64,000 nucleotides of DNA from Candidatus Bathyarchaeota archaeon (GTDB taxonomy: Archaea; Thermoproteota; Bathyarchaeia; 40CM-2-53-6). The stretch lies in assembly GCA_963833125.1 (NCBI GenBank), contig CAWHWX010000001.1:192001-256000 (forward strand), written 5' to 3'. Below are positions 1 through 11,562 of the stretch, piece by piece (the first letter of the stretch is position 1; each line of letters opens with the position of its first letter). The translations under genes were made by a program, and so were the position numbers. The notes beneath the pieces are model-generated. The model saw only the letters and a program-made list of their open reading frames with translations, was not told the DNA's origin and did not search any database.

Positions 1-577
1 GGAATCTCCGAATGATTTGTCAGTTACATGGGTACCCGGAGGAGTTGACCATCCTTTGGTTTGATCGCCAAGCCCAGTTTGATAGTATAGTTCGTGATAT
101 GGTTCTGAGATCTCAGAGGGTTTTACGTCGAATAAATAGTCATCACCGTGAGGGACCATCCAACCCTCGTCTTTCGTGTCTAGAAGAAGCAAGAGTTCGT
201 TGGGGTTGAATGCTCTATTTCCTGAATCGTCCGGAGAGGGGAGGTATTCAACGTAACCGTAGATGTAATTCTGGTCACACTTGAGACCGGCAAATGCGTA
301 GCCAGTCTTTCCGCTAAACAGGTAAGTACCACCCAGCGCGTTTCACTAAATCAATTCTTGTCGAATCGTTCCAAACGTCATGCCACTGTCCGTCCATAGG
401 AATGTTCAGCGGCTCATTTGAGATTGGGACGTATATCGAAGGAACAGTAGACCTTGGGAGCATGTTTGCCAAGACCTTTGGGAAGAGTTTCTCTATCCTA
501 GTCGGTTTCAGGGCATAGCCGAAGCCTGTTGCAGCGAATAGGCTCCCTGAAAGCTTTAGGAAGGCTCTTCGATTCAT
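1..577 (-). CDS. Tat-exported protein with DOMON/CBM9-like sugar-binding domain (frameshifted near 340, runs off window)
   Basis: N-terminus MNRRAFLKL is a twin-arginine motif. IPMDGQWHDVWNDS is followed, in another frame open to position 1, by GLKCDQNYIYGYVEY...LLLLDTKDEG, a pattern resembling DOMON-like domains. Confidence 0.55.
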
Positions 578-739
578 CTGTTACCATTCAAATATTCAAT
601 TGTGTGCTCTTATCAAGCTGTTCGATGGTAGCGTATATCTACCAGTAGAATGTTGCTAAATCGTAGTCTCTCTGAAACTCAACTGAGCAGTATCATCAGA
701 TTTTGGAAGATCCGCGTCCAACTTCGGTAGAGCAATACA

Positions 740-2495
740 TTAGGTAGATGTCTGCTTTAGCGCGGCGAAATCTAGTGTGTAAAGCTTGTCTTCCGATTCA
801 AGGGACAAGTTAGTATTATAGAATGGATCCCATCTCAATAGTTTTTCCCATTTCTTTGTGAAATATTCGTAGTCACTTAGGGGAAATGTCCGTCGGGTTG
901 AGCCCTCGAGATGATAAAGCGCAGAGTATGGAGTGTAAACCGTAAGATATCCCAATTCATACGCTCTAATACACAAGTCCACGTCGTTACCTCCAACCGT
1001 CAAGTTCACATCGAACCCTTTCAGACGGTCGAAAAGTTGACGCTTGATCATCATACATGCAGCAGTTACGGCTATGCAGTTTCTAATGACATGGGCAAAT
1101 CCAAAATAGGTAGAATGCGAGTCGGGAGTTCCGCGAAATGGATGACCGGCCGAACCCCCACAACCAAGGATTACACCTGCGTGCTGAATTCGCATGTCTT
1201 TGTACAGAAGTTTGGCTCCTACGATTCCCACCTCCGCACGGTTCTCCAGGATACTGACCATCTCCTCCAACCATCCGGATTCTATCACTTCAGTGTCGTC
1301 GTTGAGAAATAGTAGGTAGTTTCCGTTTGCGCGTTCAGATGCAAAGTTGTTTATCTTTGCGAAATTGAACTCTTCGTCATATCTGATGACTTTACATGCC
1401 AAAGATCGTAGATATTCCATAGTTTTCCTTTTCTCGCTGCGGTGGTCGACAACGATTATTTCGTAGTTCTTGTAGCTCGTCCTCGTCTCAATGCTTTCTA
1501 AACACGTTTTCAGTAGGTCTGGTCTGTCGTGCGTGACAATGATGATGGAGATCAATGGGCAGTTCGCAAGTTTGTATCGAGTCCGATACCATTGATTGTA
1601 TCCGTCTAAGACCTCTGCCTCAATACCTCGTCGGTACATGGCTTCCTTCAGCGCCTTCTTCGCAGCATCTCTAGCAAATGGTTTTGCTGCAAGAGAGGAG
1701 GCGGTAGATTCACTCGTTCTGCGCCAGCTGTAAACCGGCTTCGCCACATGGCCGATCCTGTTAGATCTTTCTGTCACTCGCAGGGCCAGGTCGTAATCTT
1801 GTGCTCCGTCAAAGCCCTTGCGAACGCTCCCGACTGCCAAAAGAACATCTTTTCGGTAAACTACGAAGTGCGGGACATAGTTCATCGAGAGAAGTAGATC
1901 TGGAGACCAATCGGGTTTGAAGAATGGATCAACTCGGTGCCCATGCTCGTTGAGTATGTCTTCGTCTGTGTAGATGAAATCTAATTCAGGTCGAACATTC
2001 AGTGCCCTTGCAACTTCGAACAAAGCGTCCTCCGCAAGCTTGTCATCGTGATCTAGGAATCCAACAAATTGACCATTTGCCAGGGAGAGCGCTTGAGCAG
2101 TGGCTCCGGCGATTCCTTCATGCGTCTTCAGAAAAGTGGCTTTGATGCGATTATCTTGGCGGGCATAATCTTGAATGGTCTCTCTCAAGAGGTTCCGCTG
2201 ATAAGTCGTCTGCAATGCATAATTCCCAATTTGGGTAGATCTGTGCTCTTACTGACTCGATCGCCTCTGTCAGCCACTTCGGATCAGGATTATAGACTGG
2301 CATTAGAACGCTAATCGTAGGTTTCAGCAGAAAGCGACCGATTTCCTGAGCGGCATCATTGCGCATACTCTCCGTGTAGGCGAAGCGCGAAATCCAATCG
2401 CTATACCTGCCCATCTTAGTTGCGTTCCGTGACCGCAATCGTGCATAGAGCCTGAAGGGTCCGGTGATTGCTTTTCTGGATTTTGCCCAGGTCAT
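740..2495 (-). CDS. Two-domain GT2 glycosyltransferase (O-antigen/RfbC-like), frameshift near 2200
   Basis: ISVLMPVYNP...WELCIADD (2151-2495), then FLDHDD, FFKPDWSPD, GAQDYDL and a second GT2 domain ISIIIVT...FLNDDTEV...HAGV. Confidence 0.9.
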
Positions 2496-4270
2496 AGACC
2501 CTCGTAGTCTCCGTACTTGACTTCGGGCATTTCATTCGAGAGTTGGAATAGGATGGTCGTAGGATAGATTTTCGTTGAAGTATTGGTCGCCATGTGAAAT
2601 TATTTGTTGATATTTCGGGAACTCGTTCACTTTCCGCTGGCGGGGCAGATCTTGTTCCACCATAATTAGTTTGGCGTGAGGAGTGTAAACGACTCTGCGG
2701 CCTATTCCTTGTTGTGAGAGGCAATAGCCGATGTCAGCTGCGGTTTCAAGATTAGTGTCAAACCCTCCGAGCTTACGGAACACCTCGCTAGGGGTGGCTA
2801 GACAGTAACCGGATACTGCATTCAGGTCTCTGAACCATTCAGTGTGTCCCAGAGCGAGGGAAGATACTTCTCGAGCACCTCTGAAGAGATAGTCTGAAAG
2901 ACCAATGATAATTCCTCCATGCAGTATCCTATGATCAGCTTGTTAGGATCATGCATCCAACCGCTCCCACCTTGTTAATTGAAGCCCACCCCGCTAACTC
3001 TTCAAGCCAGTCTGCACTCGATACCTCCGTTAGAGAGTTGAGGAACACCAGTACTTTGCCGGAAGCATTCTTCGCCCCTTCGTTGTACGCCGCATACTGC
3101 TCAAATCGAGAATGAAAGTGGTACAGAGCGCACTTTACGAATATCAAGGTCCATCTGATCAGGAGTTACGACGATTATCTCGAAATTCTTGTATGACGAC
3201 TTATTTTTGACTGAGTTAACGCAACGACGAACGACCGTCTTTTCAGTGCCGGTGATGATTACTGAAACAAGAGGGCTATCCGGAAGCTTCCATCTAACCC
3301 GCAACGCGCCAGATGCGTGTCGCTGAGCTTTCCCATCTATCTGATTTCGTTCAAGATATTGATCTACAACTCGGAGCTGCGCCGTTTTAGCGTACGGTTT
3401 TGCATGGAATCCGACTGCTGAGACTGAGGAGGGTGCCTCTCTCCAATGATACAAGATCTTGGGTATGTGGGCGATTTTATCACTGTGCTCGGTGGTTCTG
3501 AGGAACAGATCCCAATCCTGCGCACCGTCGGTTTCGGGCCTGAAGCCCCCCAAGCTCCTAGTGAGCGTTGAGCTGAGCACACAGAGATGTGTAAGGTAAT
3601 TTACGGAAAGCATCATGTCGGGAGACCAATCAGGCTTGAAAAGAGGGTCAATCCGTTTTCCGTCGAACATCATGCGGTCCGAGTCTGAGTAGATGACAGC
3701 GCTCTCGGCATTTTGGTTTAGGAGGGACACGACCTCAAATAGTGCGAAAGGAGCCAGAAGATCGTCGTGATCAAGAAAGGTAAAGAAATCACCACGAGCC
3801 AGATCCAGCGCTTTGTTCGAATTTACTGAAATTCCCAGATTCCGCTCCAAGAATTCGATTCTCGTGTTCTTATTTTGCTTCGCAAATTCCCTGAGATAAT
3901 CTCTTACCTCTTTCCTTGAGCCTCCATCAACGATGCATAGTTCCCAGTTCTCATAGGTTTGCGCGACAACGGAATTGAGCGTTTCAGTCAATAGATCGAG
4001 TGGAGGATTCCAAACAGGAGTTATTATGCTAATCAGCGGATGATAGTCGAACTTCTTCGCAAGAAGAGGTTGTTCCGCAAGGGCGGCATCAGACGGTTCG
4101 CTTCGCGCTATCCAGCGAGCATAATCCTGATCAGGCACAGACGGACCGAGAACGTAGAACGCTCGCATTCGAAGTTTCTCTAGTGCCTGTGAAGTTAGTG
4201 AACTAAGTCCTTCGTTTCTCGCGATATGGAGACTTCGTTGCACAATTTTCCAGAGTTCAAGTAACTCCAT
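2492..4270 (-). CDS. Two-domain GT2 glycosyltransferase, paralog of the downstream gene (several frameshifts in 3' half)
   Basis: ISIITPVWNP, FLDHDD, FKPDWSPD, GAQDWDL. Pieces 2935-3147 and 2532-2783 give the degenerate second GT2 domain. A shifted frame ends in an ATGA overlap with the next gene. Confidence 0.85.
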
Positions 4271-4633
4271 TTAGAACGTCAACTCCAGACGAACAGCAAT
4301 CGCTTCCGGCCACGGAGTTCCGGCTGACGGATCGACGAAACTTGACTCCTCCATATACTCGTGCTGTATTCAAGTGGATTGAAAACTCTGGTTCTCGACT
4401 CTTATCTTGAAGGCATTTGTTGAGTTGCGTGTGGTTCAATTAAGGTTGTCATTGGACTCACGGATTATCAAGTAAGAGTTGTTCGTCGAAGTACACTCCA
4501 TTTGGATTGCTAAGGGCTGTCAAAAATCATTTATCTGTCATTGGGGGTGAGCATGCGACATAAGCTTGCAACTGGATGAGAAGCGTTATTTGGCCGTTAT
4601 ATTTTGAAAGACGAACGAGTGCGTTGAGAAACT

Positions 4634-5403
4634 TTGTCCGGCACCATCAAACATTATTTTGATACTACGGTGGTGTTGGCTCAGAAAGACTTCAAGATCC
4701 GCTACAGGAATTCTGTCCTCGGGTTCCTCTGGTCTCTGCTCAATCCGCTTGCGTACATGTTGATCCTGAGTCTAGTGTTCAGCTTTCTTCTTCACCAAAA
4801 TATACCTCACTATGCAGCGTGGGTTCTCATTGCAATCCTTAGCTTGGAGATTCTTCACCGTTGGCACCAGTCAAGGATTGATGTCGATCGTTGGAAATCC
4901 GTCATTAGTGACCAAAATCTATTTACCGCGTTATTTGATAGTCCTTTCAAATAATACTGCGAATTTCATCGGCGCAGTGATGGAATTCGTGGCGTTACTG
5001 CCCTTGCTCGTGTTCTTGGGTGCCAATTTCACGATTGACGTGATCTTGCTTCCTCTCTTCCTAGTGTTTGAGTTCTGCCTCATATTCGCTTTGTCATTAT
5101 CCCTTGCATCGCTCAATGTCAAGTACCGAGACTTCTATCAACTATGGGATATCGCGCTTCAGCTGGGTTTCTGGTTATCACCAATCGTCTACGATGTCAG
5201 TGCTATTCCATCACGATATCAGTCACTATACCTGTTAAACCCGATGGCGCGCTTGATAGGAGCTCTGCGAGGCAATCCTGCTCTTCAATCAACTGCCGTC
5301 AATATCCGATTATCTCGTAATGCTCGGTAGCATAGCAATTTTGATGACTATGGGATTCCTGATATTCAGGTCGGTCGAAGGAAAATTCGCGGAGGAACTT
5401 TGA
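4634..5403 (+). CDS. wzm: Polysaccharide ABC exporter permease Wzm/RfbA (frameshifted)
   Basis: DFKIRYRNSVLGFLWSLLNPL; YRDFYQLW...FWLSPIVY...LNPM; ends ...GKFAEEL* at 5403. Confidence 0.92.
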
Positions 5404-5413
5404 AACGTCGCTC

Positions 5414-6181
5414 TTGAAAATAGACGGAGTTTGGAAGAAATTCACGATTCCGCACGAGAAACGAGCCAATGTCTTTGACTACTTGGCGAGCGTACTGTCT
5501 ATCTTCGAGGGAGAACGGTACACGTTTGAAACGTTTTGGGCGCTGAAAGACATCAATGTGAACTTGGATTACGGAGAGTCTTTGGGAATTATTGGCTCGA
5601 ACGGAAGCGGGAAAAGCACTCTACTAAAACTAATCGCGCACATCATGAACCCGGAAAAGGGACTCATTACCCTTAACGGTTCTTCTGCGTCCATACTTGA
5701 ACTAGGTTTAGGTTTTCACGGCGATTTGACCGTTAAGGAGAATGCCGTCGTCTATGGGGTGTTGATGGGAATCCCTCGTTCAGAAATTAAGAAACGCATT
5801 CCTGAAATTGTTGATTTTGGAGGACTAACCAGATTTCAGGATGCTAAACTCAAGACACTATCAACGGGAATGAGTGTACGACTTGCTTTCTCGATTGCCA
5901 TCCAAACAAAAGCCAACATTTTCCTAATAGATGAGGCACTTGCAGTAGGTGATGCAGAATTTCAGGAGAAATGCTTCCGCAAATTCACCGAATTCAAAAG
6001 GGACAAGAAATCAATCATCCTCGTATCACACAACATGAAGTTAATCAATCGATTCTGCGAAAAAACACTCTACCTGGCTAATGGAGAAGTAAGAACGCTC
6101 GGAAACAGCGACGAAGTTACGAGCCGGTACTTGCAAGACGTTAAATCAAGTGACGGGACAATCAACAACACGCTGTCCTAA
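5414..6181 (+). CDS. wzt: Polysaccharide ABC exporter ATPase Wzt/RfbB, no C-terminal carbohydrate-binding domain
   Basis: FWALKDIN, Walker A GSNGSGKST, LSTGMSVRLAF, LIDEALAVGDAEF; 255 aa. Confidence 0.95.
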   Translation: MKIDGVWKKFTIPHEKRANVFDYLASVLSIFEGERYTFETFWALKDINVNLDYGESLGIIGSNGSGKSTLLKLIAHIMNPEKGLITLNGSSASILELGLGFHGDLTVKENAVVYGVLMGIPRSEIKKRIPEIVDFGGLTRFQDAKLKTLSTGMSVRLAFSIAIQTKANIFLIDEALAVGDAEFQEKCFRKFTEFKRDKKSIILVSHNMKLINRFCEKTLYLANGEVRTLGNSDEVTSRYLQDVKSSDGTINNTLS

Positions 6182-6365
6182 CCTCAATTCGTATGCGGCT
6201 CAAGAGGATCGGGGGCCGCAATCTCTTGTCACTGCTAGTGACCGGAGTTATTGCGACAAATCTGCTAACTTCGAACACGTCGGTATAAATGTTTGAACTG
6301 GAAAGATGTTGCACTGAGATTTCTGCACGGGGGCTGGAGGGCGAGGTTGAAGGATTTACCTAAAG

Positions 6366-7473
6366 ATGAAAGAATCTGAGGGCAACAATCGAAGAAGTTT
6401 CCTCCGCAAAATCTTGACAGTTACAGCTTCTGCTGGCGTCGCTGGGTTACTCCTTGATCGACTACCCGGGAAAAGACGTTATTCCGCCGGTTCAGGCCGA
6501 TAACCCAATGGAAGATTGACACTGCGAACACGGGAAGCAGTATAACGTCTTTCTCCAGCGGTGGGAATGCAGCTCTAATGGCTACGAATACTATGAATGG
6601 TGCTGCGCTTCAGGGGACCTGTACTGTTGGAACCGGCGTCTTGGGAACTACTACTACTGGCACGGGTGTGCAGGGAACGGCATCATCTTCACCTGGTGTG
6701 GCGGTGGCCGGTTTCGGATCTGGAGGAGGGACTGGGGTAAGTGGGCTATCTGACACGGGGGTGCCGGTCTTTGCCACTAGCGGCGGATTCGAGGAGTATC
6801 AATTCCTCAAGTCGGGTGGTTCGCAGTATAGCCGGATGCATGCGACTGGGGATGGAATTAACAGGTTTGCTGTGAACATGAGTTATGATGGGACGCACTT
6901 CAACTTGGATAATACGGCGGATAACGGCGTCTCATTCCTAGTCAATTCAAACCTTAACGCGAGCTCCATCTTCGCAATCCAATACATCTCCCCAGGTTCT
7001 AATCCCGTCCTGCTCCTGTAAGTCGTACTTGGTCATGAAACCGAATGGAAACGTTGGAATCGGAACCGCCACGCCCAGCTTACCTACTCGACGTAGCTGG
7101 CGCCGTGCATGCTACCAGCTTCCCCACCAGCTCGGATATGCGTTTCAAGGAAGATATTCAACCCATCGATAATGCGCTTGAGAAAGTCTTAGCCTTGAAA
7201 GGCGTATACTTCAAGTGGAATGATCTGCACCGTGATGTGTTGAAGAGAGATAATACTGTGAACCGGCAGATCGGGTTGGTTGCGCAGCAAGTCAGGGAGG
7301 TGCTTCCTGAGGTTGTGTCGGAATGGGCTGATCAGGGTGCGGAGGACTACCTAGCCGTAGACTACAGCAGACTCACTGCAGTTACTATCGAGGCAATCAA
7401 GGAACTGAAAGCAGAGAATAACACGCTGCGAGACCGAATCGGAGTTCTTGAAAGAAAACTAGCGGCAAGCTAG
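6366..7473 (+). CDS. Tat-signal Gly/Thr-rich fibre/adhesin with C-terminal Peptidase_S74 intramolecular chaperone (several frameshifts)
   Basis: ATG 6366 gives MKESEGNNRRSFLRKIL...; after shifts come PPVQA, GTGVxG repeats, GNVGIGTATP...LDVAG and TSSDMRFKEDIQPIDNAL...IGLVAQQV...VDYSRLTAVTIEAIKEL. Confidence 0.8.
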
Positions 7474-8111
7474 TCTTCTCTTCATTTTTTCCCGTCATAA
7501 GCCGTTGAAGGTCCGACTCGTGAACTACAATCTGATCATTTCTTCTCGAAAACCGTACAAGCGAACGTACTATATTCATCAGCAGATTCGTTTTAGGCCG
7601 TAATGAGAAGTGCTTCCTCAAGCGTCTCTGCAGATTTCCTAATGAATAATCACGAAGATTCTCATGGTTCCAAGGAGGTTGCAGTGGAAGGAGTCTCACT
7701 GCCCTGTTGGGTGTTTTTAGAAGCAGACAACCATCTTCCGTCAAGACCCGCCGCAGTTCGGACAAGAGGATATCTGGCTGGGGAACGTGTTCAATGGCTT
7801 CAAAGCATGTCACTAGTTGAAAGGACGATCTCGTGAACCCCAATCTCCGGGCATCCATGACTGACACTCCCAGATGCTGCGTAGAGGCGGACCATTTTGA
7901 CAATTGACTGATTTTGGTCCTATCTATGTCTGAGGGCTACAACCTGGTTGGCCCTCTCGGCCAACCATAACGAGCCGTGTCCCGGATCGCATGCCACATC
8001 TAGGATTGTCTTCCTCGAAGCAAGTTGACCAGTGTAAACGTATGGGGTAAGAAGGCGTATGAACTCGAGGTTGGAAACACCCTCGGGTTTTGAAGGTAGT
8101 TCGAAGTTCAA
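7472..8111 (-). pseudogene. Class I SAM-dependent methyltransferase, fragmented
   Basis: ILDVACDPGHGS and FQLVTCFEAIEHV...RRVLTEDG...TPN lie in different frames and look internally deleted. Confidence 0.65.
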
Positions 8112-8199
8112 GTGGTTCCGTTTTTCGTTCAGAGAATTTTAATGCCGCATGCCCAATGACCCAACTCCAGTAAAGCTAACGAGCATTTTCTTCTATCAA

Positions 8200-8554
8200 T
8201 TTCGGCGCCAAACTAGACGCCACTACACGAATCCTTGGTACAATTCAATTGTTATTTCCTCGTTTTTCTTCATGTTGAATTTCACCTCGACGGTCCATAC
8301 ACCCCGTCCCATTCTTCTCATTGAGTAAGGGTTCTTCACTAAGGAAATTATCCCCCTGGCAATAGCAATTCGATTCCAGTGTAGTGATCAGGAAAATTCG
8401 TACCCTCCCAAAATGAACGATCGCCACACACTACATCTATGACATCATCAACAGATTTTACGTATTTGTCGATGGTTTCCCATTTCCTAGATTCTCCGAT
8501 AGAACCCTCTCCGCTGGACCCACCTTTCTTGTAGAGTTCTTCCCAATATCCCAT
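8200..8554 (-). pseudogene. Small methyltransferase-like fragment
   Basis: YWEELYKKGGSSGEGSIG...VIDVVCGD is a typical start of glycan-locus methyltransferases; truncated. Confidence 0.5.
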
Positions 8555-9038
8555 GTTTATTGTCACACAATTGAAGAAACCCGTTAGCCGCTCATCCTTT
8601 ATTCCCGATAGGATTTGAATGAATGTTAACCACTTATTTTGACCTTTGATTTCGATGCACGCTACTATCGCAGATGAGGGCTATCCTATACGATTCAAAC
8701 TAGGCTAGGCGACGGAGACTTTACAAATCCAGAAATCACACGTGAATCGGCAATTTCTAACTAGGAAATCCATAACGAGGCTTCGTGCGACTCCCCACCC
8801 TCACAAGATTTCTGTTACTCCAAACCGTTTCGCTTGCAACCGATAACATCCACAAAGAAACGGAGGAAAAATAGATTAATCATCTGAGCAAGATGGAGTG
8901 TGACGCGACTTGCCTAGAAATATGGGCCATCATTCAGTATCGTTCTGTTTTGGTAATTGGAAACTGATGGTAAGAGCGTATGAATGGCAGAGCGAGATAT
9001 CCGGAAAAACGCTAATTCCTGATTAAGCCCTTGGGAAG

Positions 9039-10023
9039 ATGATTAGACTGAGAATCGTCGGAATGATGCCCGTTTACAATGAAGCGGACATTGTCGGACA
9101 GGCAATTGAACATTTGGCATCACAAGAAATCAAGCTCGTAGTTTTGGACAATGGTTCAACCGACGGCTCTTTCGAAATCATCAAACGCTATGTCAGCAAA
9201 GGCGTACTTGAAGTCCAGCAGATGGTGACAGAGAAATTTGAGCTCACGTTAATGTTGAGAAAGCTTTTCGCGATGACAATTGAACACAATCCGGATTGGA
9301 TATTACTTAATGGGGCGGACGAGTTTCTTGAGTCGCCTTATCGCGGCTTCACTCTCAACAACGCCATTCTAATCGAGGCGAAGAGGGGGTATAATCTGAT
9401 CCAATTCAACAATTTTGAATTCCTCCCGACGGAAAAAGATCATGATTCTCAAGAAAGCGATGTCAAGAGGCGGCTTCGGTATTACAGTTGGCACGATGAC
9501 GACCAATTTCGATGTTGGAAGGTATTCCCCGGTATGAATGTTGATGAGTTCGGTGGTCATAAACCATCTTTTCCACCCGGGGTGGAAATGAGAGTTTCTC
9601 CGAACAAATTCGTCCTTAGGCATTACAAGATTCGGTCATATGAACACGGACTAAGAAAGATATTTCGTGATAGATTACCACGATACAGACCGGAACAGCG
9701 TGCAAAAGGTTGGAATGTTCACTATGACAATTTTAGCACCAGCCGAAACTATTTTGTTATCGACTCAAGCAAACTCACACGTTATGACGACGATGGAAAT
9801 TGGAATTTGGCAAAGACATTTGATGGTTCTTTTGGGGCGTGGAATCCTCCTTCGGCCACCGAGGAGATATTAAGGCTTCAAGATGAAAATGCACAATCTG
9901 TCCTCGGAACTCAGGAAACGTGATCTGATTATCACCGAGCTAAACAATAGCTTATCCTTGCATCTGGGGCGAAGAGTTCCTTTTGGGGCTCGCATTCGCA
10001 AGTTGTTGGTTCCGAAGAAATAG
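9039..10023 (+). CDS. GT2 glycosyltransferase (Glyco_tranf_2_4-like) with C-terminal coiled coil; frameshift near 9888
   Basis: MMPVYNEADI, LDNGSTDGS, GADEF, LRHYK. The corrected frame ends ELRKRDLIITELNNSLSLHLGRRVPFGARIRKLLVPKK*. Confidence 0.85.
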
Positions 10024-10100
10024 ATGTCTCATTCGGTGCGGTATATTCTACCCGAGGCTGCTAAGAGTCGGGAATATTTGAAGGGAAATTCTATGATCTT

Positions 10101-11460
10101 TCAATTAAGAGGTTTCCCTAGGATTTTTCGATAAATCGAGTGTAATCCAGCTCTGAGCGTAGATAGGAGAGAGGAGTATAGCTGCATCTCCAATCTGTGT
10201 ATTCTTCTAGATTCCTCTTCCACTAGCTCTGGCGGCATCGTGAATTTCTCTCGGTAGAATGTGGGTGTGAAGTCGTAGTCTTTGACACCTTGTGTCAACG
10301 ATGTCATTATCTGCTTGCAGGCTTCGAGATGATCATGATGTTGTTCTGCGTAACGTCTGCCTGCATATGCCAACCTACGGCGAAGAGAAGCGTCGAGAAT
10401 TACTTCGCGTAACTTGTCGGTAACTGTTGACTCTGTGATGTCGATGACCGGACAGTCTGAAGGGGTGCGTTCTTGCTCGGCGGAATTTCTTGAAAGCACA
10501 ACATTTCCCGTCGCCAAAGCTTCGCCAACTAGAATCCCGAGAACATTTATGTACAATTGGTCTATGACGATGTCTGATTCGGTCAATAAACTGCGTATCG
10601 TGGAATTAGGGACGTTCGTGACCATTTTGAACTCGAATCGAATACCCTCTCGTTTGAGCTGATCGACTGCGGAAAGGATGCGGGCGGTCCCCTTTATTTC
10701 TGGATTGCTGGGGCAATGCAAAACGATCGGGACTTGCCGTTCGGGTACAATGAACTGGTATTCTGATAAGACGAGGGGATCTGGAAGTTTCATGTAGGGT
10801 CGGACTTGGAGTTGTCCCATATTCGGTTTAGAGAGTATCAGGTCCAGCGTAACGTTCGGCGGTTCTAACGGTATTAGTTTTCATCGAAAGGAAATCGTCA
10901 GGACGGACGTTCGAAAAGTCGACGTATGGTCTAAGTCTCATTGGTGGAAAAAGGAACCAGGGTTGGGCGTAGGCTTCCTTCTTTAGGTAGGACAAGAAGG
11001 GTTCAACTTCCTTCTCCACACCTAATGAACAAGCCTCTTGCTCGTAAGCTTGCCAATACCGAATATCAGTTCCGCAGAATACACAGACGATTTTCTTACC
11101 AAACAATTTGAGAATTGGATAATCCCAATACCTCGGCAGGAACGAGGTGCCCCAAAAAAAGATGAAAACTTGGCAAGTAATCAGGCAAGACAGAAACTGG
11201 CGGAAAATGAACATCTGACGTTTGATCCAATAAAATGCCTTCTTAGAAATCCCTAAACGTGGATCAATGAATTGTGCCGGGGGGCCGACAACATCATCAA
11301 TTACTACATCGTATTGAGCTTCCGTATAGAGAGGGTTTCTAAACCATACGATCGTACGAGTTCGATAGCCAAGTGACTGGAACCCCTTAGCGTACGTAGT
11401 AGCCTGATTCGCAACATCCTTGAGACCAATGAAGATCCGCTGATTATTCTCTCCTCACTA
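10101..11460 (-). CDS. GT-B (GT4-like) glycosyltransferase, frameshifted; start approximate
   Basis: RIFIGLKDVANQATTYAKGF near 11420; FCGTDIR; LHCPSNPEIKGT; SDIVIDQL...EALATG. Confidence 0.75.
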
Positions 11461-11562
11461 ATGCTACCTGGAAGCTCCAGGTTATCAGAACGCATGGCAA
11501 TCGAACAGGTCTTCGTCGGGTAGCTGCGTACTGTACTTAGGATTGTACCGCTTGGGAACATG

